In this document: positions 8,486-21,200 of the stretch, one piece after another
Position numbering within the stretch: the stretch's first letter is position 1
Layout of the letters: the number at the start of each line of letters is the position of its first letter
IMG/VR virus record: IMGVR_UViG_3300021356_000016
Span: 1,374-65,373 of that record
Direction: 5' to 3' (one strand)
Length of the DNA stretch: 64,000 nucleotides
DNA from: a virus
Taxonomy: Duplodnaviria > Caudoviricetes
The notes under the pieces: generated by a model
Seen by the model: the letters and a program-made list of their open reading frames with translations, nothing else
The model's database searches: none
Told to the model about the DNA's origin: nothing
Program-made: the position numbers and the translations under genes

Positions 8486-11400
8486 TCAGTAGTTAGGACC
8501 GGGATGGTTAGTGTATCCCAATACTACGTTTGCACTGAATGTATCTCCTACTTCACCGGTAGGCACAACAAAGTATCCAACATCATCAAGCACAACTTGA
8601 TTTGTACTAGGTGCTGTTTTGTCTTTATAGAAATCATTGCTGAGTAAAACTTCATAATCTGTAGCATCAGTTACATTACGAATAGCAGGAGCGTCTTCTG
8701 TATGGATTCTAAAAAAGTCCTTGTGCTGATAACCAGTTTTAGATGAGTTGTCTCCTATAAACTTAACATCTGAGGGAGGAGTATAAGTAAACTCAACATT
8801 ACTCCATCCGCCTGTTTGTGCAGTGATGCCAATATAGTATGGGTTACTTGATGTGCTAGTCAGGCTTGTATAGAAAACAGATCCGTTTCTACTATAGGTT
8901 ATAGTCGTTCCCGTTTTTTGTATTTGAAACTTGTCACCGATTTTCCAGTTTGATGAGTCCTCAGTAAAAGGATTCGACGCGCCTTCATACACGGCGACAT
9001 CTCTGCTGGAAGCTGTTGTTGGATGTGAAGAAACATAAACACCATATTTTGCTTCTGTGCGAGCATACATTTGATCTTGCAGAGTTGGTGTATCACTTAC
9101 AAACATGCCATTACGAAACAATGATGTGTTTTGAGTATTTGCAAGTTCAATAAATCCGGACAATGTAAAGTTAGTTCCTCCACTAGCAGGTAGTGAATAC
9201 CATCTCACAATTTCATTGCTGTCACTAAATACATGTCCTAAATTGGAAGGTGAAAATGATTGGAAGTTTTCGTCATTTTCAGACGTAGGATTAATCATTT
9301 CATCACGCATGCTAAACATTACACGATCTGTTCTTGCACCAGTATTCGTGACTTGCGTGAAGTTGTAATCCACAGGATGGATATACTCATAGTTGGTCCA
9401 ATCAAATTCGTTTGTGTTATCTTTAAATATTCCTTCAGAAACAACGAACGTCCAGAAATCTCCATCCTCCCAAGAATCAGATGGCGATGGTGTATATGAC
9501 GGCCATGCTACCTTTATCCCATCTTCGATTGTTTCTTCATTAGTATGAGTTTGTCTTCCATCTTGCAACGATTCTGTCATTAACCATTCAGCTGCTTTGT
9601 TTCCCGAAATGCTTCCTGGTGTGGTGTTATCATTTTCTATATCAGATATGCTCCACTTACTATCGTGAACAGCGAAGTTTGTCATTCTTCCATTCAAAAA
9701 ATGAAGAGGCAATGACTTACCATTCACATCTGATATTGCATCTACACCAATGTAGAACTTAGCATTACCTGATTGGTTGCGCCAATCAACTGCGTTAGTT
9801 AAAGTTACTCCGCCTATTTGTGTGCCGTTAATATAAAGGTTTGCGCTTGTGTTATCGACTGTCACCACGAATCTGTTGTTAGCGCTGAACTGATCGTTTT
9901 CACTGTTAAGATATGCAGAAGCAGAACCAAGATCGGCAAACACTGTATTTCCAGTAGCATTGCCTATCAAAACAATGTTCTCAGAACTTCGATCTTCAAA
10001 AAGAGTATCTGCGCTCTGTGAATATCTGTTTTTGAAGTTTAACCATAAGCTAATGCGATTGTCCGTATAAGGCTCGTGATAATCAAAAATGCATTGGCCT
10101 GTTTGCGCGTTATATTGCTTGTCTCTTGCATCTAAGCTAAACGCAAATGTAGCATCTGGCGAAGTTGACCAAGTATAACTTGAGCCATCAAACAGTTCGG
10201 TCCCATCGCAGTATGCGTCACCAGCAAAAATAGCAGTATTCCAATCAAAGCCTATTCTCTTTAGATCCACTGCACTGTTTTTGCTTCCCGTTAGAGCAGC
10301 AGTATCATTGAAAGGTTGACCATAGCCTTCTACCCAGGCAGATCCATTCCAACCATATCTTCTCCAACGGACTTGTCTTCCCATTGGACTTCTGCCATCC
10401 CATGATGTTGGATTACTTAGTTCACCACCATATTTTAGAGTAGTGTCATCAGTATTATAGTTTTCCATTCCTCTTCGACTAATGCCCGTGTTAAAATAAC
10501 CAGCATAAGGTGTAGAATTTCTCAATCTATTGTACGATGCATCATGTGTTAAGCACATTGCACTGGAGTTTGGAAAAATAGTTGATACACCTATGTAATT
10601 AAAAATATTACTGGTCTCGTTTGCGTCGCTGGTTGCTTCTTGGTTTGTTTCATCTTCTATAGTTGCCTCAAAGGTATGAAACGTGCGCCTTTGAAGTGAA
10701 ACTTCGCCAGTAAGCGTTCCGGATATGTAAGGAACATCGTTCCTATTTAAAGCAGAATCTGTTTTATTTACTATAGGACTCGAACCAAATGCATTGTTGA
10801 GGGATCTGCCAAAACCATTGGTAGTACTTGGCCAAGATGGGTAGTATGGTTGGTCATTAAAAAATACAGGATATGTGGTGAAAACATCTATATTGTTTTC
10901 ATCTATAAAAAAATCTTTAATCCAAATTGAACCTTTATCGGTACAGTGTAATAACGTATTGTAATACTTTTGACTTAATACTAGAGCATCTGTTATTTTC
11001 AGGCGATCTCTAACAAAGGTCTCGTTTATACTTAGCTGTTCTGTGCTTTTTACAGTACTTTGTGTACTTCCTGTGTACCAAAAAATATCTTGTGTAATAT
11101 CTGATACTGTCGTGTTGGCAAACATAACTGCCAAGTGGTGATCCGTGTGCTCAGGATCTCCTATTAAACCAGTTATGTTCGAACGTTCTCCACTCCTAGC
11201 AGTAAATGTACTGTTTGTAAATGTTATAGAATTGCTATCATTTAAAGTAGGATTGTCACTGTACACTAATCCGCCTTCAAACATGGCGTATATTCTGTTA
11301 TTTCCAGTAAAACACACACCGTAACAGTTTCCAGTTTGAATGCTGTTCGTTGATACAGACATTACGTTTGCTGTTGGTGATCCGGTAATATCTGAAATTC

Positions 11401-12970
11401 TTATGAGACCTTGAACCCTATCACAACACCAAATGTTGTTGTTTGCATCTGTTGTTAACTGAGTTAGATAACTGAAATTCATGTTAGTTCTAGCACTATC
11501 AAAATTCCAGAACCAGCCTTTATGCACTTGCAACAAAGTGATTCCATCGAAATCATGTGTCATAATATGCGTCTTTGCTAAGCTGCTATCGTGGCGAAAT
11601 CTGTTAAACAATCTTGGGTTTGTAACGCCATGCATACCAAAACCGCTTGTAGCACTAGTAAAATCAACTGCTTTGATTTGTCTTATACCAGCAGTATCAT
11701 TTCCGCTACCTGGTTGGTAATCGGCATCCTGCATTGTGAATATTCCAGAGAGCCAAGGCATTGATATTAGTTCACCATTGCCGTGCCAATATAACTCGTT
11801 ATTTGTGTCAGTGTCATGATGGTATAAATGAAAATCTTCGACTGCCCAGTTATAATAAACACTTGAGCCAGTATCACCGGTGCCACTTACTTCTACTCTG
11901 TAGTGTTTCGGAAAATCTGGATTCGTCCAGTTCACGCCATTTGCGTTTGGCCTACCTGCGCTGCCTGCCAAATAATCAACATCGGAAGCTGGTCTAATCG
12001 CGTTTTTAGAATGGTTATGGATAATCTGTATTGGTGAGTTGTAGTTAATAGTATCGTAGATATAGTTATTTGCTGGCAAGAAAGGAATCATGTTAATACC
12101 AGATCTTAATGAAGCAAACACTTGCCCATTTCTTTCTGAGTTTCTTGCTATGTTTACCTGAGCACTTCTACGATCAAAACTGAAATCAGTGTCAGTACTG
12201 GTAAATGTCTCTTGTCTCAGTTTGCCAAATCCGGTTCCTTCATTACCTGATATATTGAAATAGTTGTATGATGTATTGGAGCTTGCTGGGGGATTACCCA
12301 AATCTGCACCACTATTCCAAAAGGTCTCATATCTACGGGTCAAGCCATCCGGAACCTTTGCACTCATTGATGTTTCTAAAGTGTTTGTGTAGTTTGCAAT
12401 GTTTGCAATGTTTGTAGAAAAGTCAACTCCTTCAGGCGAAATTCTATTTGTGTTAAATGCGTGTTTCCAATAGTTCTTTATTGGATACCCTAATGAAAAA
12501 TCATCCGACAATGCTTCATCATAAAAGTATAAGCGATATGTAATATCAATGTTTTCGCCTGGTGCCTGTACACAAGGTGGATCTAAAAAAATATACGCAA
12601 TGGTGTAATCTTCTCTTCCCGCTCTCAGCATTACGTGATAGAATGTATAGTTTCCAGGATTATCACTAAGTCTTGCGTTGAACTCCCAATATGGTGCCGG
12701 GCTACCATTTGGATATTTTGTTTTGCTTGCGTTATCAGTTACAAGAACTTCAGGTGGGAAATAAGCTTTAGCACTTATTTCCTTTGTTGATCTTTGAGTT
12801 GTTCCTATAGCGATGTTTACAGTATCAAGACCTATATTACTACTGTCCGCCCAGTGTCTGATTATAGAATAAGGAAACAAATACGTTGTTGTGTTTTCCT
12901 GTACTATAGTTTCTTTAACTTCATCAGTCACTGCATCTCTTTTTACTATAGTAACTTCACCTTTGACCAT
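8486..12970 (-). CDS. Large (~1490 aa) putative receptor-binding/virion protein with beta-propeller-like and LamG/ConA-like segments
   Basis: Long ORF. Start placed at ATG 12970 (AAGGA RBS). LTTDANNNIW propeller-like blades; FVVTVDNTSANLYING...FLNGRMTNFAV LamG-like motif. Confidence 0.65.
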   Translation of the reverse strand: MVKGEVTIVKRDAVTDEVKETIVQENTTTYLFPYSIIRHWADSSNIGLDTVNIAIGTTQRSTKEISAKAYFPPEVLVTDNASKTKYPNGSPAPYWEFNARLSDNPGNYTFYHVMLRAGREDYTIAYIFLDPPCVQAPGENIDITYRLYFYDEALSDDFSLGYPIKNYWKHAFNTNRISPEGVDFSTNIANIANYTNTLETSMSAKVPDGLTRRYETFWNSGADLGNPPASSNTSYNYFNISGNEGTGFGKLRQETFTSTDTDFSFDRRSAQVNIARNSERNGQVFASLRSGINMIPFLPANNYIYDTINYNSPIQIIHNHSKNAIRPASDVDYLAGSAGRPNANGVNWTNPDFPKHYRVEVSGTGDTGSSVYYNWAVEDFHLYHHDTDTNNELYWHGNGELISMPWLSGIFTMQDADYQPGSGNDTAGIRQIKAVDFTSATSGFGMHGVTNPRLFNRFRHDSSLAKTHIMTHDFDGITLLQVHKGWFWNFDSARTNMNFSYLTQLTTDANNNIWCCDRVQGLIRISDITGSPTANVMSVSTNSIQTGNCYGVCFTGNNRIYAMFEGGLVYSDNPTLNDSNSITFTNSTFTARSGERSNITGLIGDPEHTDHHLAVMFANTTVSDITQDIFWYTGSTQSTVKSTEQLSINETFVRDRLKITDALVLSQKYYNTLLHCTDKGSIWIKDFFIDENNIDVFTTYPVFFNDQPYYPSWPSTTNGFGRSLNNAFGSSPIVNKTDSALNRNDVPYISGTLTGEVSLQRRTFHTFEATIEDETNQEATSDANETSNIFNYIGVSTIFPNSSAMCLTHDASYNRLRNSTPYAGYFNTGISRRGMENYNTDDTTLKYGGELSNPTSWDGRSPMGRQVRWRRYGWNGSAWVEGYGQPFNDTAALTGSKNSAVDLKRIGFDWNTAIFAGDAYCDGTELFDGSSYTWSTSPDATFAFSLDARDKQYNAQTGQCIFDYHEPYTDNRISLWLNFKNRYSQSADTLFEDRSSENIVLIGNATGNTVFADLGSASAYLNSENDQFSANNRFVVTVDNTSANLYINGTQIGGVTLTNAVDWRNQSGNAKFYIGVDAISDVNGKSLPLHFLNGRMTNFAVHDSKWSISDIENDNTTPGSISGNKAAEWLMTESLQDGRQTHTNEETIEDGIKVAWPSYTPSPSDSWEDGDFWTFVVSEGIFKDNTNEFDWTNYEYIHPVDYNFTQVTNTGARTDRVMFSMRDEMINPTSENDENFQSFSPSNLGHVFSDSNEIVRWYSLPASGGTNFTLSGFIELANTQNTSLFRNGMFVSDTPTLQDQMYARTEAKYGVYVSSHPTTASSRDVAVYEGASNPFTEDSSNWKIGDKFQIQKTGTTITYSRNGSVFYTSLTSTSSNPYYIGITAQTGGWSNVEFTYTPPSDVKFIGDNSSKTGYQHKDFFRIHTEDAPAIRNVTDATDYEVLLSNDFYKDKTAPSTNQVVLDDVGYFVVPTGEVGDTFSANVVLGYTNHPGPNY

Positions 12971-12986
12971 TTTTTGTGTCCTTTTA

Positions 12987-14186
12987 TTAACCACCAATAT
13001 TTGGATTTGTTTGAACTGTGTTTGAGAAGTTAGTCAATACACCACTTCTAGCAGCATTGGTATTTATATTGATAACCATATCTGCAGTTTCTGTAGATTT
13101 TCCTTGCAGTGTTATGTAGCCACTTGAAGGTGTTGTTACATAGTTAGAAACTCTATAAGTGAATCTACCTTCACCTGATAACTCTACAAATGCGTTTAAT
13201 CGTTGACTGAACTCTATGTTTTTATAATAGGCGATTACTCTGTATTTTCTATCAGCTACAGTTCCGCTATATCTTAAATCAGTTTTGATCGGATTCGTGT
13301 CAGGAAACTTTACCAAAACTTGTGTCCATGTGTTTGAACCATTTGTTTGTTCTTCAACAACCCATCTATCAATCAAGTCATAATCATTTAGAAAAGTAGA
13401 AACTGTATTTGTGCCGGTGTCCGTTCCTGTGGCTGGATGATACCATTCTAGGTCCCATGAGCTAACATCACAAGCTGTGTTTGCTTGGCCCTGTATTCCT
13501 GTAGTTGTTGCACCGATTCTTCTTAAAACGATAGCAAGATTGTGCAGATCAAATGTACTATTTCGATTTGGTTTAGTGTTTATGTTGTTTGCTGATGCGG
13601 TATTATTTTTTACGCTAACAAAAGGAACAGTAGATGATAAGTTTTCTAGTAATCCGACGCTGTTTGGTTTAGTGTTTATGTTGTTTGCTGATGTGGTATT
13701 AACCTTAGTACTAACAAATTGTAGCGTGGTTGAGAGATTGGCTAGCGTGCCTTCACGATTTGATTTAGTGTTTATATTTCTTACATCTGCTTGGGGTGTT
13801 CCTTTAATGACCACATCATCAAACTGTTCGTCTTCTTGACCTTTATTGATGTAGAATCTGATGGTGCGATCTATAAAGTTATCAAGTAAAACTTCATAGT
13901 TTACAGTTCTCTTGTCTGTGTTAGTAAGAGAAAGATTGCCATCGGTCAACGGGTCCGGTGATATTTGTTCCCAGGTATAAGTTGTGCCTGCGGGAGGATC
14001 GTTATCTGTTAAGAGCTCGCCTAAGCGAGACACGCTTGCAGTTATGCTACCAGATTGGATACAGATGTTAAAGAAATCATCACCGGCAGTTTCTAAAACT
14101 ATAGGTATTACCTTTAGCTTAGATACGATTAATACAGTGCCTTCTATTCGTAATGAATCACCTTTAATCTCTAATATAGAAGTCAT
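12987..14186 (-). CDS. Putative virion protein with PKD/Ig-like segment and ~32-aa repeats
   Basis: TYTWEQIS PKD-like motif; three to four NINTK-N repeats; Fn3-like YRVIAY segment. Confidence 0.55.
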   Translation of the reverse strand: MTSILEIKGDSLRIEGTVLIVSKLKVIPIVLETAGDDFFNICIQSGSITASVSRLGELLTDNDPPAGTTYTWEQISPDPLTDGNLSLTNTDKRTVNYEVLLDNFIDRTIRFYINKGQEDEQFDDVVIKGTPQADVRNINTKSNREGTLANLSTTLQFVSTKVNTTSANNINTKPNSVGLLENLSSTVPFVSVKNNTASANNINTKPNRNSTFDLHNLAIVLRRIGATTTGIQGQANTACDVSSWDLEWYHPATGTDTGTNTVSTFLNDYDLIDRWVVEEQTNGSNTWTQVLVKFPDTNPIKTDLRYSGTVADRKYRVIAYYKNIEFSQRLNAFVELSGEGRFTYRVSNYVTTPSSGYITLQGKSTETADMVININTNAARSGVLTNFSNTVQTNPNIGG

Positions 14187-14195
14187 TTGAAACCA

Positions 14196-14531
14196 TTATG
14201 TAATCTCTAATACAGACATAACAACGTCTGCTGAGGTTGCAGTATTTGCAGTAACCTTGATTGAATCACCTTCAAGTAAAACTAGTTTTTGATCTCCGCC
14301 AACGACAACAAGACTCCCACCATATGCAATCGGTGCGTCCTTTATAAGATATGTAGTTGATCCGGCGTTGTTAGCATATTGAACATCAGCAGTTATTGCA
14401 GATGCTGTAATGTTTGAAATGGACAATCCTATGACAGTCTCCGTTGCTCCAGTAGCGACCGTATGACTGCCAATCGTTGTTGCTACCGTACCAACATTAT
14501 TTGAAGTGAAAACCTTAAAACTGTTTGCCAT
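14196..14531 (-). CDS. Conserved small virion protein (MANxFK family of aquatic phages)
   Basis: MANSFK...TVIGLSISN...YLIKDAPI...KLVLLEGDSIKV...DVVMSVLEIT. Confidence 0.7.
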   Translation of the reverse strand: MANSFKVFTSNNVGTVATTIGSHTVATGATETVIGLSISNITASAITADVQYANNAGSTTYLIKDAPIAYGGSLVVVGGDQKLVLLEGDSIKVTANTATSADVVMSVLEIT

Positions 14532-14535
14532 GTTT

Positions 14536-15036
14536 TTATCCTAATGCTATTGCGAGTGCCAATGCGTCGCTAAGTACTGTTGTGTCTTTATCATCGACGT
14601 ATTTTTTGTTTGTTATGACGTTATTAGTAACGACTGTGTTTTCATAGTTATCAGCAAGAGGTACAGACAACTGACCGTTTGCCGCAAGTGTAAGTTTTGT
14701 TTGTGCTGCTCCTGCACTAGCAACTGCAAACTCCATGTCAGCACCTTCAGAACCATTTGTTATATCTGAAGAACGAACTGATACGTATCCAAAAGTATCT
14801 TCTGAAACACTGTCATTAAAGTTAAATACTATTCTTGATTCATTTGCAATACTTGCTGCTGAATCATTATACAACGTAACAAAGTTGATACTGTTGTCTT
14901 GTCTGAATACAGCATTGTTTGCCGTTACAGAACTGTTTGTATTAGATATGGAGTTTACACGAGTAATGCCTTCGTTAACTCGTGTAAATCCAAGTCTAAA
15001 TGTACCTGATAAATCTACATTTGCTATGTTAGCCAT
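14536..15036 (-). CDS. Short fibre-like protein
   Basis: TNKKYVD fibre motif and ALALAIALG C-terminus, which typically precedes MANxFK genes. Confidence 0.65.
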   Translation of the reverse strand: MANIANVDLSGTFRLGFTRVNEGITRVNSISNTNSSVTANNAVFRQDNSINFVTLYNDSAASIANESRIVFNFNDSVSEDTFGYVSVRSSDITNGSEGADMEFAVASAGAAQTKLTLAANGQLSVPLADNYENTVVTNNVITNKKYVDDKDTTVLSDALALAIALG

Positions 15037-15247
15037 TTGATTGTCCGACTAATTTTGATAACATGTCCTTAATATCTTGCATCTCTTCTTTGAGGGTATT
15101 TATGTCATTGCACAATTGTGTGGCATTCATTTTTCTTTTCTTGTATGCAGCCAAACCTCCGGAATCAATTGACACCATCGCATTCGTTTGAATGTCGCGT
15201 TTAAAGTCAGATACATTTTCGATTGGTTGAAGGTTTCTTTTTGCCAT
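15029..15247 (-). CDS. Small conserved protein downstream of the DUF4815 gene
   Basis: RDIQTNAMV and DINTLKEEMQDIKDML coiled coil; this position is usual in T4-like aquatic phages. Confidence 0.65.
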   Translation of the reverse strand: MAKRNLQPIENVSDFKRDIQTNAMVSIDSGGLAAYKKRKMNATQLCNDINTLKEEMQDIKDMLSKLVGQSNG

Positions 15248-15251
15248 TGGT

Positions 15252-18200
15252 TTATGCCTGTAGTGCGATTGCTCTTAGATCAGATACTCTAGGAACATTT
15301 GAAAAGGTACTCGACAGTAATACAATCTTTATAGCAAAATATTTATAACCAGAATAAGTCACACTATCATACGTGTATTCAACGACTGTATTTACATCTT
15401 GTGCAGTACCGGTTAAGTTTGCTGCAGGTATTCTATACTCGTACTCCTGAACATCATCCTTGTTTTCGTAATCAGAATACAACGTTGCTTTCGTTGTTTG
15501 CTCCATTTCAAACCAGCTCTTGTTTTCAAAATCATCTGGATCATTTGCGTTCATTATCTTGTAGTAAACTTTAACATCAGAAGTATCTGGTTTGTAAGCA
15601 GTTAAGAATACTTTCAGGTCTTCTGCATCTTGATTTTCTGCAAGTGTAACTGTTTTTGTAATGTATCTCGCAAGAGCATTACCACCAGATGCCGCAGTTT
15701 CTCCTGTTGAATCGTTATTCACGAGGTTTTCAACTGCTGCTAATGTTGCTCTATCCAAATCAATCACTGGACTAACTAAGAAGTTATCACCATTTTGTAG
15801 TTGTACTCTTAGTTTGCCACTTCGTGTGCCTGCTGCGATTGCATCCTCGGTTGGTTTGCTTAATACAAATTTTCTACTGTCAAACGTCGTGTCGCCGTTA
15901 TCTTGCAACTGTCCATATGTTGTTTCTAACTGTGTGGTGGATGTTGCAAGCGCAGCTGTTATGCGCGTGTCTGTTCCTTCGGGTTCGAACTTGCCGATTG
16001 CATTGTGCAATGTATCTACAGGAACATCAAACAACTCTGTAATGTCAGCTGTTGAGTTATTTTCGTCGTTTGTAACTTGCATGCCGGTTACAAATGTTCC
16101 ACCTGAAGTTCCACTTACTCTCAGTTCATCGTAATCCTGTGTTGCTGCATCGTAATATTCGATGGTGGCAACCGGAGTATTTTGTGCGTTGATTTTTGCT
16201 TTTGTTACTGAGTTGTTTAACTTAGCATTTTCACCAGAAGCAAATGTTCCATTTACATCCTTGAGTCTATAACTAGATCCATCGATGATTGTGATGGTAC
16301 CATTTGCACCGGATGTTTCACCGACAAGGAAATCACCATTGTTATTTGCACCACCGATGTTGGTTGCTAACGTAAGTGTTGTTTCACCTTTCAGTTCTGC
16401 TCCTATTCTATTGAAATCGGCAGAAGCATTATTGACTTTAATATATTCTCTTTGTATCGTGTTTAGCTCTACTGTTCCGCTCGCATTTGTACCAAAGTTG
16501 GCTACATATAGTGTATACTTCAGATCTTCTTCCTGAATCGCATTCCATGTTTTGTCGTTAGAGGAAGCGAAGAATATGCCTGACGCAGGTTGTTCCGAAA
16601 TCTTCTCGCCTGTACTCAGATCTTCATCACCAATGCGTGCTGTCCATACTGCATAGTTAGGGTTGTTTGCGATCGGCTTGATGACGATAGCATACTGTGA
16701 ATCTGCCTTTACATATACAGGTGTAGGGAACACAACAGTTGTTACTGCTGATGCATCATCAGAAATATTAACCGATGAAGCAGGAACATCGACCTGACCA
16801 AAAGGCAATATTCTAGGAGTAACATAACCAGATGAAGCATCAACTTCTCTGATCTGTACGCTTACTCCGTAGGTTGCATCTTTTTTCTGGAAGTAAAGAT
16901 CAATCTTACTCAAAAATACACCAGTAGTAGACTGTGCAGATTTGAATAATCCTATTCCATTCGTGTCAATTGTAAATGATTGTGCAATAGGATCGTCGCC
17001 ACCACCATCATCGATATCGCCAGCAGTAGAGTCAACATCGAGGACAGGCGTTGTGCCAACTTCATCACCTTCAAGTGTAAACCGAGGAGCAACTGGTGGT
17101 AAAGGATCTCCGACAAAACTACTTGATCTGCTCGTCGATGAAGAAGTGCGTGTATCAGTAACTCTACTAGGAACAATCTTAGGAGTTCTCGTGGAGATAA
17201 CAGTTTCGCTTACTGTTTGCTGTAAACCAGAGGCAGTGTATTCATCTCTAGCAAATGTTGTAGTTTCTCCTGATCCTGTTCTTCCCAACAAGTTGTCTGT
17301 CAAAACAAACTCTTTAGTGCCAACTCTAAATCTCATTGCACTGTTGTTCGGAATCCTGAACTGTCCGTAAACTTCGCCGTTTGTATTTACAGTTAGTTGT
17401 GTTCCGTATGAGCTAGGATTAGCAAAAGAACTATCAGTACTCCTACAATAATCGCTTACATCTTCGCCGTCAAAGAATGGATAGACCTTTGCACCAGGTT
17501 TCATACCGATTGCTTTGAAATCTACGATTCTTGAACGCATGAAAGGAACTAAGTTAACATTTCTTACAGAAGTTCCAGCAGATTGAGTCTGCGTTTCAGG
17601 AACAACAATATTTCGAATGCCTGTTCTTTGTTGTCCTAATGTCGTTGTTGTAATGTTGCTTGTTAAAGTGCCTGCTCGTCCACCTCTATTTGTTCTTGTT
17701 TGTTCGGTGCGAGTACTAATGTCACGGTTGATTGTTTCCCAACTACCCCATTCAGTTCCCCAGCTGTTTGCTAAGAACTGCCAGTTATCGGTGTTTAAGT
17801 CAAAATCAACTTGTACATCTGGTGCTGTTGTGGTGTCTGTCCAAATATCACCGTCCGGTGTTAACTCTAACTCACCCGACCAGCTGTAAAACAATCCTGT
17901 CGCGTTTCGAATATTTGAAGCCAAAGGTTGATTTACTAAAACAGAATGGCTTTGTATCGGCAAAGTTACATATGAGCCATTCTTTTCAACACCCGCTGAA
18001 GTCGTAGCATTATACTCTACAGGTATATCTCTAACAATAAAAGAAGGACGTATTTCATTTTTTTCTTTGTCAATGGATATCTTGTAATCGGCATTCTTTA
18101 CATTGCCAACATTATGGCCAGTAAATGGATCAACAAGAATGCCGTTCTTGAAACGATCAAGTCCATTTGCATCAGTGATGGTCATGTTTTTCGTATCAGA

Positions 18201-21200
18201 TTCAAGCATAGACAATGATGTGTAGTATTCTAAGTTATCGACACGATCTTTAATCGTACCAATATCCTTCATTGTAAAACGAACTTGTCTTACTGGTTTG
18301 ATGCGTGATACGTTTAGATAGTCATCTGAATCACTTGCTTTTGCTTCCTCAAAAGGTGTCGAAGGAAATGCTGCAATGTCGATAAGACCGATTGTTAAAC
18401 CATCTGCTGGAGGTGGTGGCAGTAAAGGATTAACTGCAGGTACACCTTTGACTGTCTGGAACAATCCCTTTTCCGTTACATAGATTCTATCTCTTCGTGG
18501 CAAATAGAACTCAGAAGAGTTGAATACAAATGATTTGTTTGGTTTAGGGAATGCAAGATAACCTGGTGCTCCAGTCGTGAAGCCAGCAGGAGGAACTGGG
18601 TTTTGTCCAGCACCATCTACGTTTCCATTAACACTTGCATCACTTCCGCCGTTTCCTCTTCGGGGTCTAACGTCAATGCTATCTCTCAATCTATATTCCA
18701 GACCTGTAGTTGGTGAGGTAAAGATCGGGATTTCAGATGTTGTTATTGTGTTTGTAGCACTTGGATTTGAATCATCAATCGGATACGAATCAATAGTCAT
18801 ATAAGATATGCCATCGTTTTCGTCATGTTTAAACACATCCATAATGACGAGTAATCTTGTAGTGGAGCTATCAATGCTCAACGTTGAACTTGGTTTTAAC
18901 TGAATGTATGCATGGTCATAGTAGTTATCCTTTTGACCATTAAACACATTAAACTCTTTCGTTACATCAGTGCTTCCTGTAAGATAGTTCGCAGTAGTAA
19001 AATCCGTATCATCTCTCTTTAGGATTTGTCTTACTTTCAATACATCATAGAAACCAATGTACAAAGGATCTGTAGCCGCAGTCGCTGCAGAACCAGTGAT
19101 TGCATTTTTTGCTCCGCCTGCACCGATGCTCTTTAACTCAACTGAAAGATTTTTGTATATGTCCTTTCCTTTAGGACCAACATCGTTTCTCTGGAAGAAT
19201 GTTGAACCTTGGATCTGTAGAGGATCTGTAGTTGTTACGTTAATATCAATCGTAGCCACGTCAGCAGTTGAGTTGATTGTTATTGTTCTTCCTGAAGCAG
19301 TTGGCATAGGAATGGGATAACCTTTTCTAAATGCTCGCTTCGCGGTAGCACCACTCTCGGCAGTCAGTGTGCCGTTAGTAGAAATGTGGACGTTTGCCGT
19401 CGTTGCGTTTGTTATTTCGTTGAGGACAACATATTGTCCTCCTGCAAATTTAATCAGGTCACCTTCTGCTAACTCTGTATCAAATGCTGTGCTCAATCCA
19501 ACCAATGCGCCGGTCGTTTCTGTTAGCGATATGGTTCCTGTTAAATTACTAGAACTTTCGGTATCTGTATTTGCAATAAGGTACCAGTAGTCTTCCTTTT
19601 GTGTGTCATTCAATGTTGAACCACCAGCAAATGGAAGTTTGTCACCACCAGTAGAAATAGAATATGAACCACCAGAATCGGCAACAGATGCGATTGCTTT
19701 AAAGTGCTCATATGTTACGTCGTTTGATCCATTGTTCTTTAATGTCTTTGCATTTTGTGGACCAAGTTTAAACACGCCGGTATTGTATCCGACTTCTTTT
19801 AACACAGCTGTATTTGCATTGCTTACGATAACGTCAGCTGTTCCTGGAAGTTGTGGACTTGATGCAACCGAAACTAAAGATCTAACATCAGTGAAAGTAT
19901 TGGCTCCCGACATGCGAATGTTTGTGAGGTATGCACGATATACTGCATCTTCCTCACCAGGATTTCCACTTTCAAACTGGATTCCTTTTAGTGTGGCTAC
20001 ACCGATTTCGGTTCCTCGAGTAGATGCTAATGAAGGAGCACTGATGCTTGTGTTCGATATTGCATATTGCTCAATGTCGTAGAGTTTTACATCACTCCAA
20101 GAATCTGCTGCAGTAAATGAACCAGCAACTTCCTTGACTTCTAGGTAGTTGCCAGTGTTGATTGGAATAGTCAAGTTCTCGGAAGTTAGTGTATCGATTC
20201 CCTTTTCAACTGCAATGTGTTTGGTCAAGAGATTGTCTACTTGATAACCTTTTACATATGCTCTACCAGGAGATACATCGATTGACAAGTTGTTAGCATC
20301 ACCACCGTTTGCTGCAGTATAAACACCTTGGTTTGTTGATGTTTTAAGATGTTCTCTTAAACGAACTGTTAAACCTTCAACAAGGTAATCTCCAGATTCG
20401 TCGAATGTTCTTCTTGCTATGTAATCATTGATGATTGCATACTGTGGTTTTTCTGCCTTAAACACAGGTGCTCCACTTTGCAGTCTTAGTATTTCAACAA
20501 AATCTTTTTCTTGTGTGGAAGTAATCGCGTTGTTCGTAGTGATTGTTGCTGTAAGTTTTAAACGATCTGCACCTGGTGCATTTTCGTTAGGCGATCCTTG
20601 AGCAGGATCTAATAAACTATTGTCTGTTGTTGCTTTTACGATTTCTTCATTGATGACATAACCAATCTTTACTGTAGGAGTTCTTTCATATCTAGAAGCA
20701 TTGACAGATTGCCTGTCTATGCGTATAAAATGGTCTTTTGCAAACATGATGCCATCATCATATGTAACACGAATCACATTGTTAGATAATGCGCTACCGC
20801 CCGCGTTCCAAGTATTTGCAGACAAAGTATCCGATGTTAAAGTTTCATTGATGGTGTATTTTCCAGCATCATTCGTTCCTACGCTAACGTACTTAACGTA
20901 AAGTGTTTTTGTGTTTGGATATTCAGCTTCTGATCCGTCAATCGCATCCACAACATAAGCTTGCACACCGTCAGCGGATCCTGTAATCGTTTTGCCAATA
21001 AAGTCAGATGGGTTAACTGCGGTCGTTCCATCTGCTGCAAAATCTCTCAGGCGTATATAAGGAAGGGAAGTATCGAGATTCAATCCCATTCCAGATACAA
21101 CACTTCCTTCTTTGAAAATGTGCTCTGCGAATCTGTCAATTTGGTTTTGTAACGTTGTTTGAAGCTGTGTCAACTCTCTAGCTTGCACAGCATAACCAGG

